Source of the DNA: a virus
Reading direction: 5' to 3' (one strand)
IMG/VR virus record: IMGVR_UViG_3300012642_000011
Span: 288,001 to 352,000 of that record
Length of the DNA stretch: 64,000 bases
This document shows, piece by piece, positions 47,170-57,792 of the stretch. The notes below the pieces were generated by a model. The model searched no databases, was not told the DNA's origin, and was given only the letters and a program-made list of their open reading frames with translations. Position 1 is the first letter of the stretch. Every line of letters starts with the position of its first letter. The translations under genes were made by a program, and so were the position numbers.

Positions 47170-48903
47170 TCAGGGTCTGTCTTGATGAAAAGGAAACGTA
47201 AAACGTATCTTACCACAATCATAAACTCTCTGAATCCCATTGATATGAGCCAACTGTGATTCAGTTAAAGATTCATCATAAAAAAGCGAAGGATCATTCT
47301 TAAACCTCTTCTTCCTGAAACCGAACTTATGCTTCCTCTCATTCCTGAAGATGTAGTAATAATCAGGAGGCAATATCTTATCCTGAATCCATCCTGTTTT
47401 CTCATACAAACCACCATCAGAAAAAGATAAATCAGCAAACGTCGTTAGCATAGAATTCGGATGCTCTTTCATGAATGCTTTGACTATTTTAGAATGACCA
47501 CCAATGACATGTTCAGACGTAGAATACCTCTCCAATATGTAACCATTCTTTGCCTTCTTGAAGGATGCAATTGCTACAAGAACGCCTGATCCCTTGTCTT
47601 TCAGACCCCAATGTTCAGAAGCACTCACTGATCCTTGAATGTGATTACTCTCATGGAATGCTGATGCTTCCCACCTGTCCACTATGCTGACATTCGTATT
47701 CCTTGCATAAATTCTTCTCTGATTATTAATTCCCATCACATGCTGAACATGCTTCTTGACAATCTCTTTCTTATTATTCCAATCATCCTCCCACACAGTT
47801 AACAATCTGATCCCTTGATCATGGCATGCCCAATATTTTTCAGAGTGCTTTTTCTTCCCCGAGAATTTTTCCTGATGCCAATAAATACCATTAAATTCAA
47901 TGGCTACATTGATCTCTGGAAGATAGATGTCAAGTTCCTTTCCGTTGAGAACTTTCCTATCATTAGTGATGATTCTGCCATCATAGACATCCATAATGAA
48001 TTCAATGAATTCCTTCTCCCGCTTAGATGTCCCTGCTTCATCACATTTACGACACCCTTCCTTGCCAGCAAAGTGAGCATCAAAGGACTGATAGAATGTG
48101 CCATGATCATCTATTGTGCAGATGATAGGAGAAGATGTTTTAACATTGAAGGAACTCAAGTCAACCTTGGAGTAATCATACCTGCCAGATCCATGAGATT
48201 GTATCTTGTTGTCAAACTTGGCAGTATCATATGGGGCATATTTATTACATTTTCTACAGCCGTTGTTTCCTCTTAAGTGAGAGTTGGCTTCAATCCTATA
48301 GGATTCACGGTGCTCATTACAGATGACAGTGATTTTCTCATGAAGGTTCTTGAATTGCATCACTTTGGAGTAATCAAATCGATCTCCATGTTTCTCTTTT
48401 GCTCTTGTGACATATTCTTGTACAGAGATCACACTTTGCCCATTGCATTCAGAGCAACCGTTCATTCCTCGTAAATGATTTTGAGCATTCTGGGTGAACT
48501 CGCCATGTTCTCTGCAAAGAACAGTGATCTGGTCAGCCATTTTGGTAAATCTCGTCTGGGAGTAATCAAATTTATCCCCATGGATTTCTTTTGCCTTTTG
48601 AATATACTCTTCAGGAGACATTCTTCTTGTTGCCATAGCGCATTCTTTGCACCCTGTACCACCTTTGCTTCCCAAATGTGTGTTAGGGTAAGTAGAGAAT
48701 TCACCATGATCAGGACAGATGATGATCACTTTTTCTTTGAGTTTAGTGTACTGCGTTGGAGAGTAGTCAAACCTGTCCCCATGAATACTTTTTGCTCTTT
48801 GAATGAAGTCCTCTGTATTCCTGATTCTCATTCTATAATGTCTCCTTGAGCAAAAGTAAGATCCTGTGAACATGAGTTGACCATGTTCACAGGATCTTAC
48901 CAA
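47170..48903 (-). CDS. freestanding homing-endonuclease-like protein with N-terminal tandem zinc-ribbon repeats and a C-terminal Vsr or DUF559-like PD-(D/E)XK nuclease domain
   Basis: At least four repeats of about 60 aa have the form IHGDRFDYS...C.EHGEF...HL.G..GC..C. The C-terminus ELDIYLPEINVAIEFNGIYWH resembles Vsr or DUF559. The gene sits between nrdF and nrdE. Confidence 0.5.
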   Translation of the reverse strand: MVRSCEHGQLMFTGSYFCSRRHYRMRIRNTEDFIQRAKSIHGDRFDYSPTQYTKLKEKVIIICPDHGEFSTYPNTHLGSKGGTGCKECAMATRRMSPEEYIQKAKEIHGDKFDYSQTRFTKMADQITVLCREHGEFTQNAQNHLRGMNGCSECNGQSVISVQEYVTRAKEKHGDRFDYSKVMQFKNLHEKITVICNEHRESYRIEANSHLRGNNGCRKCNKYAPYDTAKFDNKIQSHGSGRYDYSKVDLSSFNVKTSSPIICTIDDHGTFYQSFDAHFAGKEGCRKCDEAGTSKREKEFIEFIMDVYDGRIITNDRKVLNGKELDIYLPEINVAIEFNGIYWHQEKFSGKKKHSEKYWACHDQGIRLLTVWEDDWNNKKEIVKKHVQHVMGINNQRRIYARNTNVSIVDRWEASAFHESNHIQGSVSASEHWGLKDKGSGVLVAIASFKKAKNGYILERYSTSEHVIGGHSKIVKAFMKEHPNSMLTTFADLSFSDGGLYEKTGWIQDKILPPDYYYIFRNERKHKFGFRKKRFKNDPSLFYDESLTESQLAHINGIQRVYDCGKIRFTFPFHQDRP

Positions 48904-48913
48904 TTTCTATCAA

Positions 48914-49888
<975 letters not shown>

Positions 49889-50029
49889 CTATCTCCTGTT
49901 ATGCTCAATTTAAAATAAACTCGTATGTTTGCATACATGATTACAATACATACCCTCTCTACTCTCAACGGATTGAAGTATGTATATTATTTCTTTTTCG
50001 TATCTCTAAGAAACAGTTTTATTATCTTA

Positions 50030-50398
50030 TCAAACTGATAGTTTTTTCCTTGTCCTATATGCTGCCACGTACTTCACGATATCGATTGCTGATTCGCTCA
50101 TTGTGATGTTGTCAGGATATCGTCTATTGTTGGAGTGAATGAAAACAAAGTCTTCTTTGTCAAATCCTGATTTTCCATTCTTTAAACAGATCTTTCCTTT
50201 AATGTGTGTATTCCCGTTTGCTTCAATATGAATGCACAAGTATACTGATGTCATCATTGCTAACATTGTTTCTTCTTTGCTTACAGGGATGATCTTGAGG
50301 CATCCTTCTGGTTCTTCAATGTTTTCTGGGTAACAGCATTCGCATAACGTGTCCCCGCACCTTGTATCGGTAGGCATTGATATATCTCTCTTTCTCAA
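50030..50398 (-). CDS. hypothetical Cys-rich protein
   Basis: 122-aa ORF upstream of nrdF on the same strand. It does not look like NrdI or NrdH. Confidence 0.4.
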   Translation of the reverse strand: MRKRDISMPTDTRCGDTLCECCYPENIEEPEGCLKIIPVSKEETMLAMMTSVYLCIHIEANGNTHIKGKICLKNGKSGFDKEDFVFIHSNNRRYPDNITMSESAIDIVKYVAAYRTRKKLSV

Positions 50399-50787
50399 AA
50401 AGCAACGAGTTTCTTGATCTCTTCGTTGACTTTGGTCGCTTCTTTGTGGGTGAACCTACATTCACTTGGATCATAGTAAGTGAAATTATTATCTTCATCT
50501 GCTACAGTTTCATTACTAAAGCCTGTATAAATCCTATATTCAATCGTGTTGTTTGCTCTGTCTAAGATTTCTGTATGTACTTCATGTGCGTTAGTAATAG
50601 AACTCTTGGTCACCCATGATGATTCAACTTCTTGGGTTTCAGCCAAGTCGAATAATTGCTTCGGGTCAATAGAGGACAGATCATGTCCTCTGCTGGCATT
50701 GATTAGGTGTTCAAAAGTTTCGGTTGTCTCTGCCACAGATGTTGGAAGGATATTGCCGAATGCGTTGATGAGGGATGTTCTTTTCAC
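50395..50787 (-). CDS. hypothetical protein
   Basis: 130-aa ORF that overlaps the next ORF by 4 nt, which suggests an operon. Confidence 0.4.
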   Translation of the reverse strand: MKRTSLINAFGNILPTSVAETTETFEHLINASRGHDLSSIDPKQLFDLAETQEVESSWVTKSSITNAHEVHTEILDRANNTIEYRIYTGFSNETVADEDNNFTYYDPSECRFTHKEATKVNEEIKKLVAF

Positions 50788-51215
50788 GAGGATTCTCCTT
50801 GTTTTCTTTCTTTCGGATGTAGAAAAGCACCACAGGAGATATTTTCTTCTTATCTCTGTGATGCTTTTCTATTTTGTTTTTTGTATTTAATTTTGTTCTT
50901 GTTTTGGCCCATGTTCCCCATGTATTGCTATGCGTGGCTACAATTGTCTTACCAATTTTTTCCAAGCATGGCAATGAGCATGGCATGATGCCAGAATCAA
51001 GGCTTCTAGAAGAGAGCGTCGTCAATGAGAGCAATGTGCTGTTCACTCTTATAAGCATTGCAGACATGACACCCACCTCTTTTCATACACTCATATCGTT
51101 GATGTAATACTTCGTTATTGTATCACGGTAGGATGGGGTTGTCAAATACTATGGTGTTGAGGTTTTCGCCCGATAGGAACAGTTAAAATAGGCATTTGGT
51201 AAAATAGGGAAAATC

Positions 51216-52238
51216 ATGATCATCAGAAAGTCCATAGCCATGGAAACATTGTCAAACTATGTACCATTATTAGCAATTTTAACAGGCAGTTCATTAATAT
51301 GGTTAACATGCATCATACTTCTTGTTATTTGGCTTTTAATGATTTTGAATTTGGTCCTCAAAGGAAAAGTAGCATCTGCTATGCTTTACTTAGTATTATC
51401 CTCGTTTTTAATTTTACCTATTTTCTTTTTTGTACGAAACCTTGAAGATAAACAATCTGCTAACCCTGCTGGGGGCGTCATTGAAACAGACACACAAGAA
51501 CCAGCCACGGCAGTAGAGACAACACCGCCACCAGCAGAATCTATACCTGATCCTGTAGATTGGTCATTCCTTCCATGGTTTGTTGGCATTGCTATTGTAT
51601 TGATTGCAGTTGTTGCTGCCTTCTTTGTGATGGCTCATTATCTTCCTAAGATGATGTCTGCAAGAGACCAGAGGAAACAGATGGAGATCAATCAGAGAAA
51701 TCATAGAAATGATCTCATCGACAGGAGGAATAGAGCAATTGCTTCTATTGAGTCTACCGTCACAGAAAGAGGACGAATTGAACTTGACCCAGTATGGACT
51801 TTTGATTACCCCGAGTTTACTAACATGTCTTCTCCTGTGATCATTGAACTCTCTAGAAAACAAAAGATTGCTGTTTCTAAAGCCGATTTCATCAAAAATG
51901 TCCCAGATGATTCTTTGACTACAGATGACATCAAGGAAGTAGAACATGCTTCCAGCGAGTTCGCTGCACAGTTGGAGACGGCTAAAGAGTACGCGGAGCA
52001 AGTCAAGTGGGGAGTTCTCTCTAGGGAAGAGAAGAAACTTTTGAAAACAGCAAAGCAATTGTTGAACATGGTGTCAGATGAGTCAGCATCTGAAAATGAA
52101 AGGCACGGAGCACTGAAATCATTGGCTAATGTAGTTGACAAGTTGAGGAATGACTATGGGCGTATGTCCTTTAACGTGACAAAGTTCTATACAGCCATTG
52201 AATCCACATCTAAAATGAAGATGTTGACTGCAGTATGA
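51216..52238 (+). CDS. membrane protein (N-terminal TM helices, C-terminal coiled-coil-like region)
   Basis: Four hydrophobic segments lie in the first 150 aa. An AT-rich divergent promoter region sits upstream. Confidence 0.5.
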   Translation: MIIRKSIAMETLSNYVPLLAILTGSSLIWLTCIILLVIWLLMILNLVLKGKVASAMLYLVLSSFLILPIFFFVRNLEDKQSANPAGGVIETDTQEPATAVETTPPPAESIPDPVDWSFLPWFVGIAIVLIAVVAAFFVMAHYLPKMMSARDQRKQMEINQRNHRNDLIDRRNRAIASIESTVTERGRIELDPVWTFDYPEFTNMSSPVIIELSRKQKIAVSKADFIKNVPDDSLTTDDIKEVEHASSEFAAQLETAKEYAEQVKWGVLSREEKKLLKTAKQLLNMVSDESASENERHGALKSLANVVDKLRNDYGRMSFNVTKFYTAIESTSKMKMLTAV

Positions 52239-52345
52239 TGCTGAATTGACAATTGATTGAAACAGAGAAGGTGGGATAGAAATCAAATCTATCCCACCTT
52301 CTTCGTGTTATCTATGAAGTTGTAGTTTTGAACATAGGACAATGA

Positions 52346-52909
52346 TCACTGGTTGTATTCAGTGATGAAGATATCAACTTCACCAGATTTTGAGGTGTAT
52401 CCTCTGATGATATCCTTGTCATCTTTGTACATTGTTCCTGTTGATCCTTGTCCATGTGAGTCAATGTAGTATTCTTTGACCTTGACATCATGGATAGTCT
52501 TCTCTCCAATGTACTCTACGTCAACGTCATCTTTCTTGATGAAGTCTTCTACGCTGTCAAGCGTGGCAAGGGCGAAATCATAATCTCCCTCTTCTTTAGT
52601 CTCATAACTATTGGGGAAGACCAGTTGCTCACCGCTGAGAGCAACCCTACTGCCATCAGATGTAAGATGAACTTGTTCTTTATCCAATGCTGTCTTGACA
52701 AATACTTCCTTGGGAGAGTTCTTAATGTAGGATGCCTCTGTGAACTTATCATGCATGCTCTTAAAGCCTACAGTTCCGCTTGTGGTAGAAGCGTCATTGT
52801 TGTCTATCTCATTCATCAGAGCGTAGGCAGAGGTAGTAGATGCTGCAACGACCATTGCAATACTTGCTCCAAAGACCAATGGCTTGGTGTATTTCTTCAT
52901 GTGTTTCAA
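52346..52909 (-). CDS. secreted hypothetical protein
   Basis: Signal peptide MKHMKKYTKPLVFGASIAMVVAASTTSAYA. Confidence 0.5.
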   Translation of the reverse strand: MKHMKKYTKPLVFGASIAMVVAASTTSAYALMNEIDNNDASTTSGTVGFKSMHDKFTEASYIKNSPKEVFVKTALDKEQVHLTSDGSRVALSGEQLVFPNSYETKEEGDYDFALATLDSVEDFIKKDDVDVEYIGEKTIHDVKVKEYYIDSHGQGSTGTMYKDDKDIIRGYTSKSGEVDIFITEYNQ

Positions 52910-53028
52910 CCTTGTCCAATCATGTTGATGTCTATGTTCACCTCTTATGATAGCAAACGATCATATTTTGGTATGAAACAATAAAGCACACAGGTTTTTA
53001 GTTGACCTGTGTGCTTTATTGTTTTTAA

Positions 53029-53646
53029 TTATCGTTTCTTGTTTTTCCTTCTTGTTCCTCTGTCAGAAAGAGAACTTCTCATTTCATATGTTTTTCTCTT
53101 GTTCTCAATGTCTCGTGGGTCAGGTATTCCATACTTCCTCAAATCCGCTTCTTTGCTTGTCATTCTGATGAATGCTAGGAGGGAAAGGAAGAGGGATGCA
53201 TATAGTGCAGATCTCGCCGTGTAGGCTGCGTCAAACTCGCCACCATAGATCAAGACGATAAGGAACACAGCAGCCACGATTGCAATACGTACACGCCATG
53301 CATAGGACAATCTGAACCTAAAGGGAATCCATTGTGGGTCTCTTGCTTTCATGACATTGCTTAAGAAGATGCTGACATTATAAAACAGACTGAAGAAGAG
53401 AAGAGAACCGGGAATGAGCATGAGGGATCTCAATACCATGAACAATTGCGTAAAGGGAGTAAAGATATCAATGAGTGCAGCGATGACAATGAAGACGACT
53501 AAAGAGATTCCTGTTACGGTGAAGAACTGCTTGAAATTCGTGTTGTACTGTTTTCTTAGCATGACAAGATAAGATATGAAAGGTTTATCTTTGTCAAGCC
53601 AAGCAAACTTGTTTCTCTTTGTTGTTTGTTCTGCTGCTGTGCTCAC
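53029..53646 (-). CDS. membrane protein (multi-TM)
   Basis: Hydrophobic 205-aa ORF that overlaps the upstream helicase gene by 4 nt. Confidence 0.5.
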   Translation of the reverse strand: MSTAAEQTTKRNKFAWLDKDKPFISYLVMLRKQYNTNFKQFFTVTGISLVVFIVIAALIDIFTPFTQLFMVLRSLMLIPGSLLFFSLFYNVSIFLSNVMKARDPQWIPFRFRLSYAWRVRIAIVAAVFLIVLIYGGEFDAAYTARSALYASLFLSLLAFIRMTSKEADLRKYGIPDPRDIENKRKTYEMRSSLSDRGTRRKNKKR

Positions 53647-56411
53647 AGTAGTCTCCCCTTTGAAATGAATAGTTGAGATGCATCTTTAAGTGCTTGTTCT
53701 CTGTTCTCTGAATTCAATATCCTCTTTGCAGATTCCACTGTTTCATCAATCAAGTGTTTATGTGTCAGAAGGTCAGCAAAGAGCATTTCGCTGTTTCCTG
53801 ATTGCTCTGTTCCGAAGACAGTTCCTGTTCCACGGTTTTCCATGTCTGCCTGAGCAACATCGAATCCATCTGCGTGATCCACAATGTTCTGTAGTCTCTT
53901 TTGGCTATTCTTAGTGTTTCCAATGGAGACGAGATAGCATTTGGATGGCTTTTGGTTTCTTCCTACACGACCTCTAATTTGGTGCAATGAGGCTGATCCC
54001 AATCTGTCTGCAGAGAGTACAATGACCCTAGTGGCATCAGGGATGTCTACACCAACTTCAACAACAGTGGATGCGACAAGGACATCATATTCCTTGTTGC
54101 GGAACTTGGTCATTGCTTCCATTTGATCATCTGGTTTCATTTTTCCATGGACGTATCCTACATTAATAGAGGACAGCACTCCATTGTTAATGGATTCATA
54201 TGCTTTTTCCACTGATGCTGCATCGATCTTATCTGATTCCTTCACCATTGGGGCAATGATGAAGGTCTGGTTCCCTGTTTTTGCTTCATCTATGATGTCC
54301 TGCCACATGGGGTGATCCTTCTCATTGATAATTTGAGTAGGAGATTCTTGTATCCATTCAGTGACAATGGGGATTCTGCCAGGTGGCTTCTCATCAAGAA
54401 TAATCATATCTACATCGCCAAAGAAACTCTGAGCAATAGAGCGTGGAATAGGCGTTGCTGTCTGCTGGATGAGATCTGGAACACGCTCATCTTCTCTGCT
54501 GGAAAGAAGTCTGCTTCGATCTTCTGCGGAGAATTTCTGTTGTTCGTCAATCACAATCAATCCGAGATTATTGTATTTCATTTTTGTTTTGACGAGTGAC
54601 AGTGTTCCTACCACAATGTCGATCTCTCCATCCGCCACCTTCTTGTAAATAGCATTCTTCTCTTTTACTTTCATGCTTCCTGTGATCAGAGCAATGCTAA
54701 CATCGTCTCCAAGGGGCGCAACAGCCCTCTCAAGACCTGCATACAACTGTCGGGCAAGAACATCTGTTGGGCCAACAATAGCAGACTGGTAGCCCGATTC
54801 TGCTGCTCTCAGGCATGACAGGAAAGCAATGATAGACTTTCCTGAACCTACGTCAGCGTTGACGAGGGTTGATGATGGTTCACTTCCTGCTAGAGAATGA
54901 TTAATTTTCTCTAGTGCTTGAGACTGAGCATTGGTCAACGTAAATGGAAGAGACTCAATTGCTTTCTGTTGTAATGCTGAATCGGATTCTTCCATCTTGA
55001 TTCCTTGATGAGAAACCTGATTCCTTCTTGATTCTTGAAGGACGAGTTGCATATAGACCATCTCATAGAAGGCAAGTGTGTCCATGCATGCTTCATGGTG
55101 CTCTGGGGAAGATGGGAAGTGCAGTTCATTGAACGCTTCTCCTGTAGGCATCTTATTATCTGGTTCAAAGTATTCAGGCATGGAGATATCAGCACCGCTT
55201 CTTGCTATCAACTCTCTGATAGCAGAAAGAATCAGTTTGGTAGTGATTCCCTTGGAGGGTTGCTGTTTGTACACAGGGACAACAGGAAGAAGTTCAGCAT
55301 CTTCCATGTGATCAATGGAGATTCCACTGATTTGGGGCTTTAAATTGAAGTAACCGAATTTTCCTGTAACAATGACTTCATCACCCGTCTTGAAACGTGT
55401 AAGCAACCATCTTTGATTGAAGAAACTGACTCGGAGGTTGTTACCACCTTCAGTTTTGATCATGAAATAGATTCCTGATGCTCTTGTTCTTGGGTTGCCG
55501 AATTCTCCTGAGGAATCAATCTTTCCAACGATTGTCGCTGTTTCTCCTTCTTCAAGGTCTTTTAAGTCCTGTGATTCATTCTTGAAAATATACTTTCGTG
55601 GAATAGTCATAATAAGGTCATGCAGGGTGGCATATCCTGATTCCCTCATCTTCTCAGCGAGAGTTTTCTCTGATTTCCTCAACTGGTCATTGCTTTGTTT
55701 GTTTGCTCTGATGACATTGAGTTCTTCAATGTCAACGAACCTCAATGAATCCAGTGTGCCATCAAATCCTTCAATTGGGTCATTGACTAGTCCGTACACG
55801 TCATCATCTACACGGAATGGGGGAAACCTTTCATCCATGTTCTCACAAAGAGATTGGAAATCAAGAAGTTTTCCTATTTGAAGGGAATAAATGCCTGTTC
55901 TTCTGTAGTAGGCACTAAGTTTTCTCAACACATCAGTATACACCCATACTTGTGGAGCAGAGATTTCAATAGTGGTCTTATCATCACTAATTCTCACATG
56001 CGGATCAACAGCGTTGTCAGCAAGTGTAGCCAATGCTTTCACGTCTTCTTTGGAGGACAATCCACCATGAATAGACTTGATAATATGGCGAAGAATAAAT
56101 GCATTGACAGATGACCTGTTAGCTTCCCAGATGTTTTTGGAAGTTTTGGAGAAACCCTCTAGTTTATTAAGATCTTCATCTGTAGAAAGATCTTCAATGG
56201 AATAGAATTTGATCTTGTTGTTGTCAACATGAATGATGACTCTTTTATAAGTTTTAGTGTATGCCCATTCTGGCTTATTGTCTTCACTAAATAGATTAAA
56301 CTTCTCTTCTTCTAAAGTCTCATTATCTTCTGAAAGTTCATCAACGCCCTCAGGAGGGAGAAGAGGTACAATCTCCTCTCCCTCCCACAAGTCAACTTCA
56401 ACTATTCTCAT
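53643..56411 (-). CDS. RecG-like SF2 DNA helicase with an N-terminal extension
   Basis: The OB wedge reads LRVSFFNQRWLLTRFKTGDEVIVTGK. Motif I is DVGSGKS, motif II is VIDEQQKF, motif III is TATPIPRS, and motifs V and VI read LVASTVVEVGVDIPDA...HQIRGRVGRN. Confidence 0.75.
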   Translation of the reverse strand: MRIVEVDLWEGEEIVPLLPPEGVDELSEDNETLEEEKFNLFSEDNKPEWAYTKTYKRVIIHVDNNKIKFYSIEDLSTDEDLNKLEGFSKTSKNIWEANRSSVNAFILRHIIKSIHGGLSSKEDVKALATLADNAVDPHVRISDDKTTIEISAPQVWVYTDVLRKLSAYYRRTGIYSLQIGKLLDFQSLCENMDERFPPFRVDDDVYGLVNDPIEGFDGTLDSLRFVDIEELNVIRANKQSNDQLRKSEKTLAEKMRESGYATLHDLIMTIPRKYIFKNESQDLKDLEEGETATIVGKIDSSGEFGNPRTRASGIYFMIKTEGGNNLRVSFFNQRWLLTRFKTGDEVIVTGKFGYFNLKPQISGISIDHMEDAELLPVVPVYKQQPSKGITTKLILSAIRELIARSGADISMPEYFEPDNKMPTGEAFNELHFPSSPEHHEACMDTLAFYEMVYMQLVLQESRRNQVSHQGIKMEESDSALQQKAIESLPFTLTNAQSQALEKINHSLAGSEPSSTLVNADVGSGKSIIAFLSCLRAAESGYQSAIVGPTDVLARQLYAGLERAVAPLGDDVSIALITGSMKVKEKNAIYKKVADGEIDIVVGTLSLVKTKMKYNNLGLIVIDEQQKFSAEDRSRLLSSREDERVPDLIQQTATPIPRSIAQSFFGDVDMIILDEKPPGRIPIVTEWIQESPTQIINEKDHPMWQDIIDEAKTGNQTFIIAPMVKESDKIDAASVEKAYESINNGVLSSINVGYVHGKMKPDDQMEAMTKFRNKEYDVLVASTVVEVGVDIPDATRVIVLSADRLGSASLHQIRGRVGRNQKPSKCYLVSIGNTKNSQKRLQNIVDHADGFDVAQADMENRGTGTVFGTEQSGNSEMLFADLLTHKHLIDETVESAKRILNSENREQALKDASQLFISKGRLL

Positions 56412-56475
56412 CTTCTACTCTCCATTCGAATCTATTTCAGAGAGGAAGATCGTTGTTACTACTTAGTTGACTGCT

Positions 56476-57792
56476 TCACTTCTGGATACGATCTAAAGAA
56501 TCCTGATCCAACTCTCCGATTGCATAAACTATTCGTCTTGCATACTTTATTTTATCAAAAGGGTCTCCAAGATCAATGTTGGAATACTCTTCAACTTTAG
56601 CGCCAAGGAGCATGAGATTATCATTATCGTAATCGAGTACAGTGAATGCTCTATCCAGTGGGTCTTCAATATTGATGACTGATCGAAGAAGATTCAATCC
56701 TTCATCTTCTTCAGTGATCTTTCCTGTCATCATGTGGTAGACGATGTTTGCATAATTCAATTCGCCTTCTACCTGCTCATGAATCCTCTTCTTCTCATCG
56801 TCTGACATCTTAGAATATTCATTGTAGGTAGCAAAAACATTCTCAACGTCACTAAGAGTAATCTCATATGTTGAATGCTCTTCAGGTGGTGTCACCATCT
56901 GAACAGGTGTGCTATTTGCAACAGGTGTGCTATCTGAAACGTGATGATCACTAACAGAAGACTGATGATCTTCCGTTGTCTCATCTGTAGATGAAACAGT
57001 ATCTTCTTGTGCATCTGTGACTACAGATGTCACATCATCGTTGACATGCTCAACATTTTGTGTTTTATTATCTGTGTTTGCAACAGTTGACTCTTCAGCA
57101 TTGTTTTCATTGAGAGCAATGTTATCGTATCCGAAGGAGTAAGTGATCTCTTCAACCCTGGGTTCAAAGACACTTGAATCAAAGGGCTTTTCAGTATCGC
57201 TTTCATTGGTATTAGTAGAGGGTTCCTCTTCATTGTAGTATGAAGAATAATCCTCTGTTGGTGAGACTGTTTCTGTTTCTCCTTCTTTAGTGTCTTCATA
57301 CTCAATGGTGGTAGAAGATTCCTGAGTGTTATCTTCTGGTGCAGAAGTATATTCAGACGCAACTGGTGAAGAATAATCATCCTGTGTTTCATTCTCAGAA
57401 TAATCCGTGCTGAACATCTCTTCTTGACTCTGGTTAACCATGTCGTTTTGTGGCTCAGGTTCTGCTTTCTTACTGTTTCCGAAAATGCTGATCTTCTTCA
57501 CGTCTTCCTCGTTGTTTGTCTGAGAATAAGATGGAGTTGTAGGTGATTCATCTTCTTCATCGTTGAAGAAGTCATTACCTTCGTCTTCATCATCTGTTAA
57601 GCCACTGCTCCCAAAATAATCAGCACTGCTTGAGAAAGCAGGCTCTCTCGTGAAAATACTTGGGTCGTAGGGGATATCGCCTTCATCAGATTCCTCTGAC
57701 ATGGCTTCAGTAATGAAGTCGTACTCTGACTCTTTGCCCGTATTGAAATCGGACTCTTCTGAATGATAAGATGAACTCATATTTACTCTCAC
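56476..57792 (-). CDS. highly acidic, low-complexity protein (438 aa)
   Basis: The sequence is D, E, S and T-rich throughout and overlaps the upstream gene by 4 nt. Confidence 0.5.
   Translation of the reverse strand: MRVNMSSSYHSEESDFNTGKESEYDFITEAMSEESDEGDIPYDPSIFTREPAFSSSADYFGSSGLTDDEDEGNDFFNDEEDESPTTPSYSQTNNEEDVKKISIFGNSKKAEPEPQNDMVNQSQEEMFSTDYSENETQDDYSSPVASEYTSAPEDNTQESSTTIEYEDTKEGETETVSPTEDYSSYYNEEEPSTNTNESDTEKPFDSSVFEPRVEEITYSFGYDNIALNENNAEESTVANTDNKTQNVEHVNDDVTSVVTDAQEDTVSSTDETTEDHQSSVSDHHVSDSTPVANSTPVQMVTPPEEHSTYEITLSDVENVFATYNEYSKMSDDEKKRIHEQVEGELNYANIVYHMMTGKITEEDEGLNLLRSVINIEDPLDRAFTVLDYDNDNLMLLGAKVEEYSNIDLGDPFDKIKYARRIVYAIGELDQDSLDRIQK

Noticed and set aside
50340-50365. Single reverse-complement occurrence of GGGGACAC in the low-GC half
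   Set aside because: It is an isolated 8-mer inside a coding region. It lacks the extended consensus and the intergenic context of motif A.
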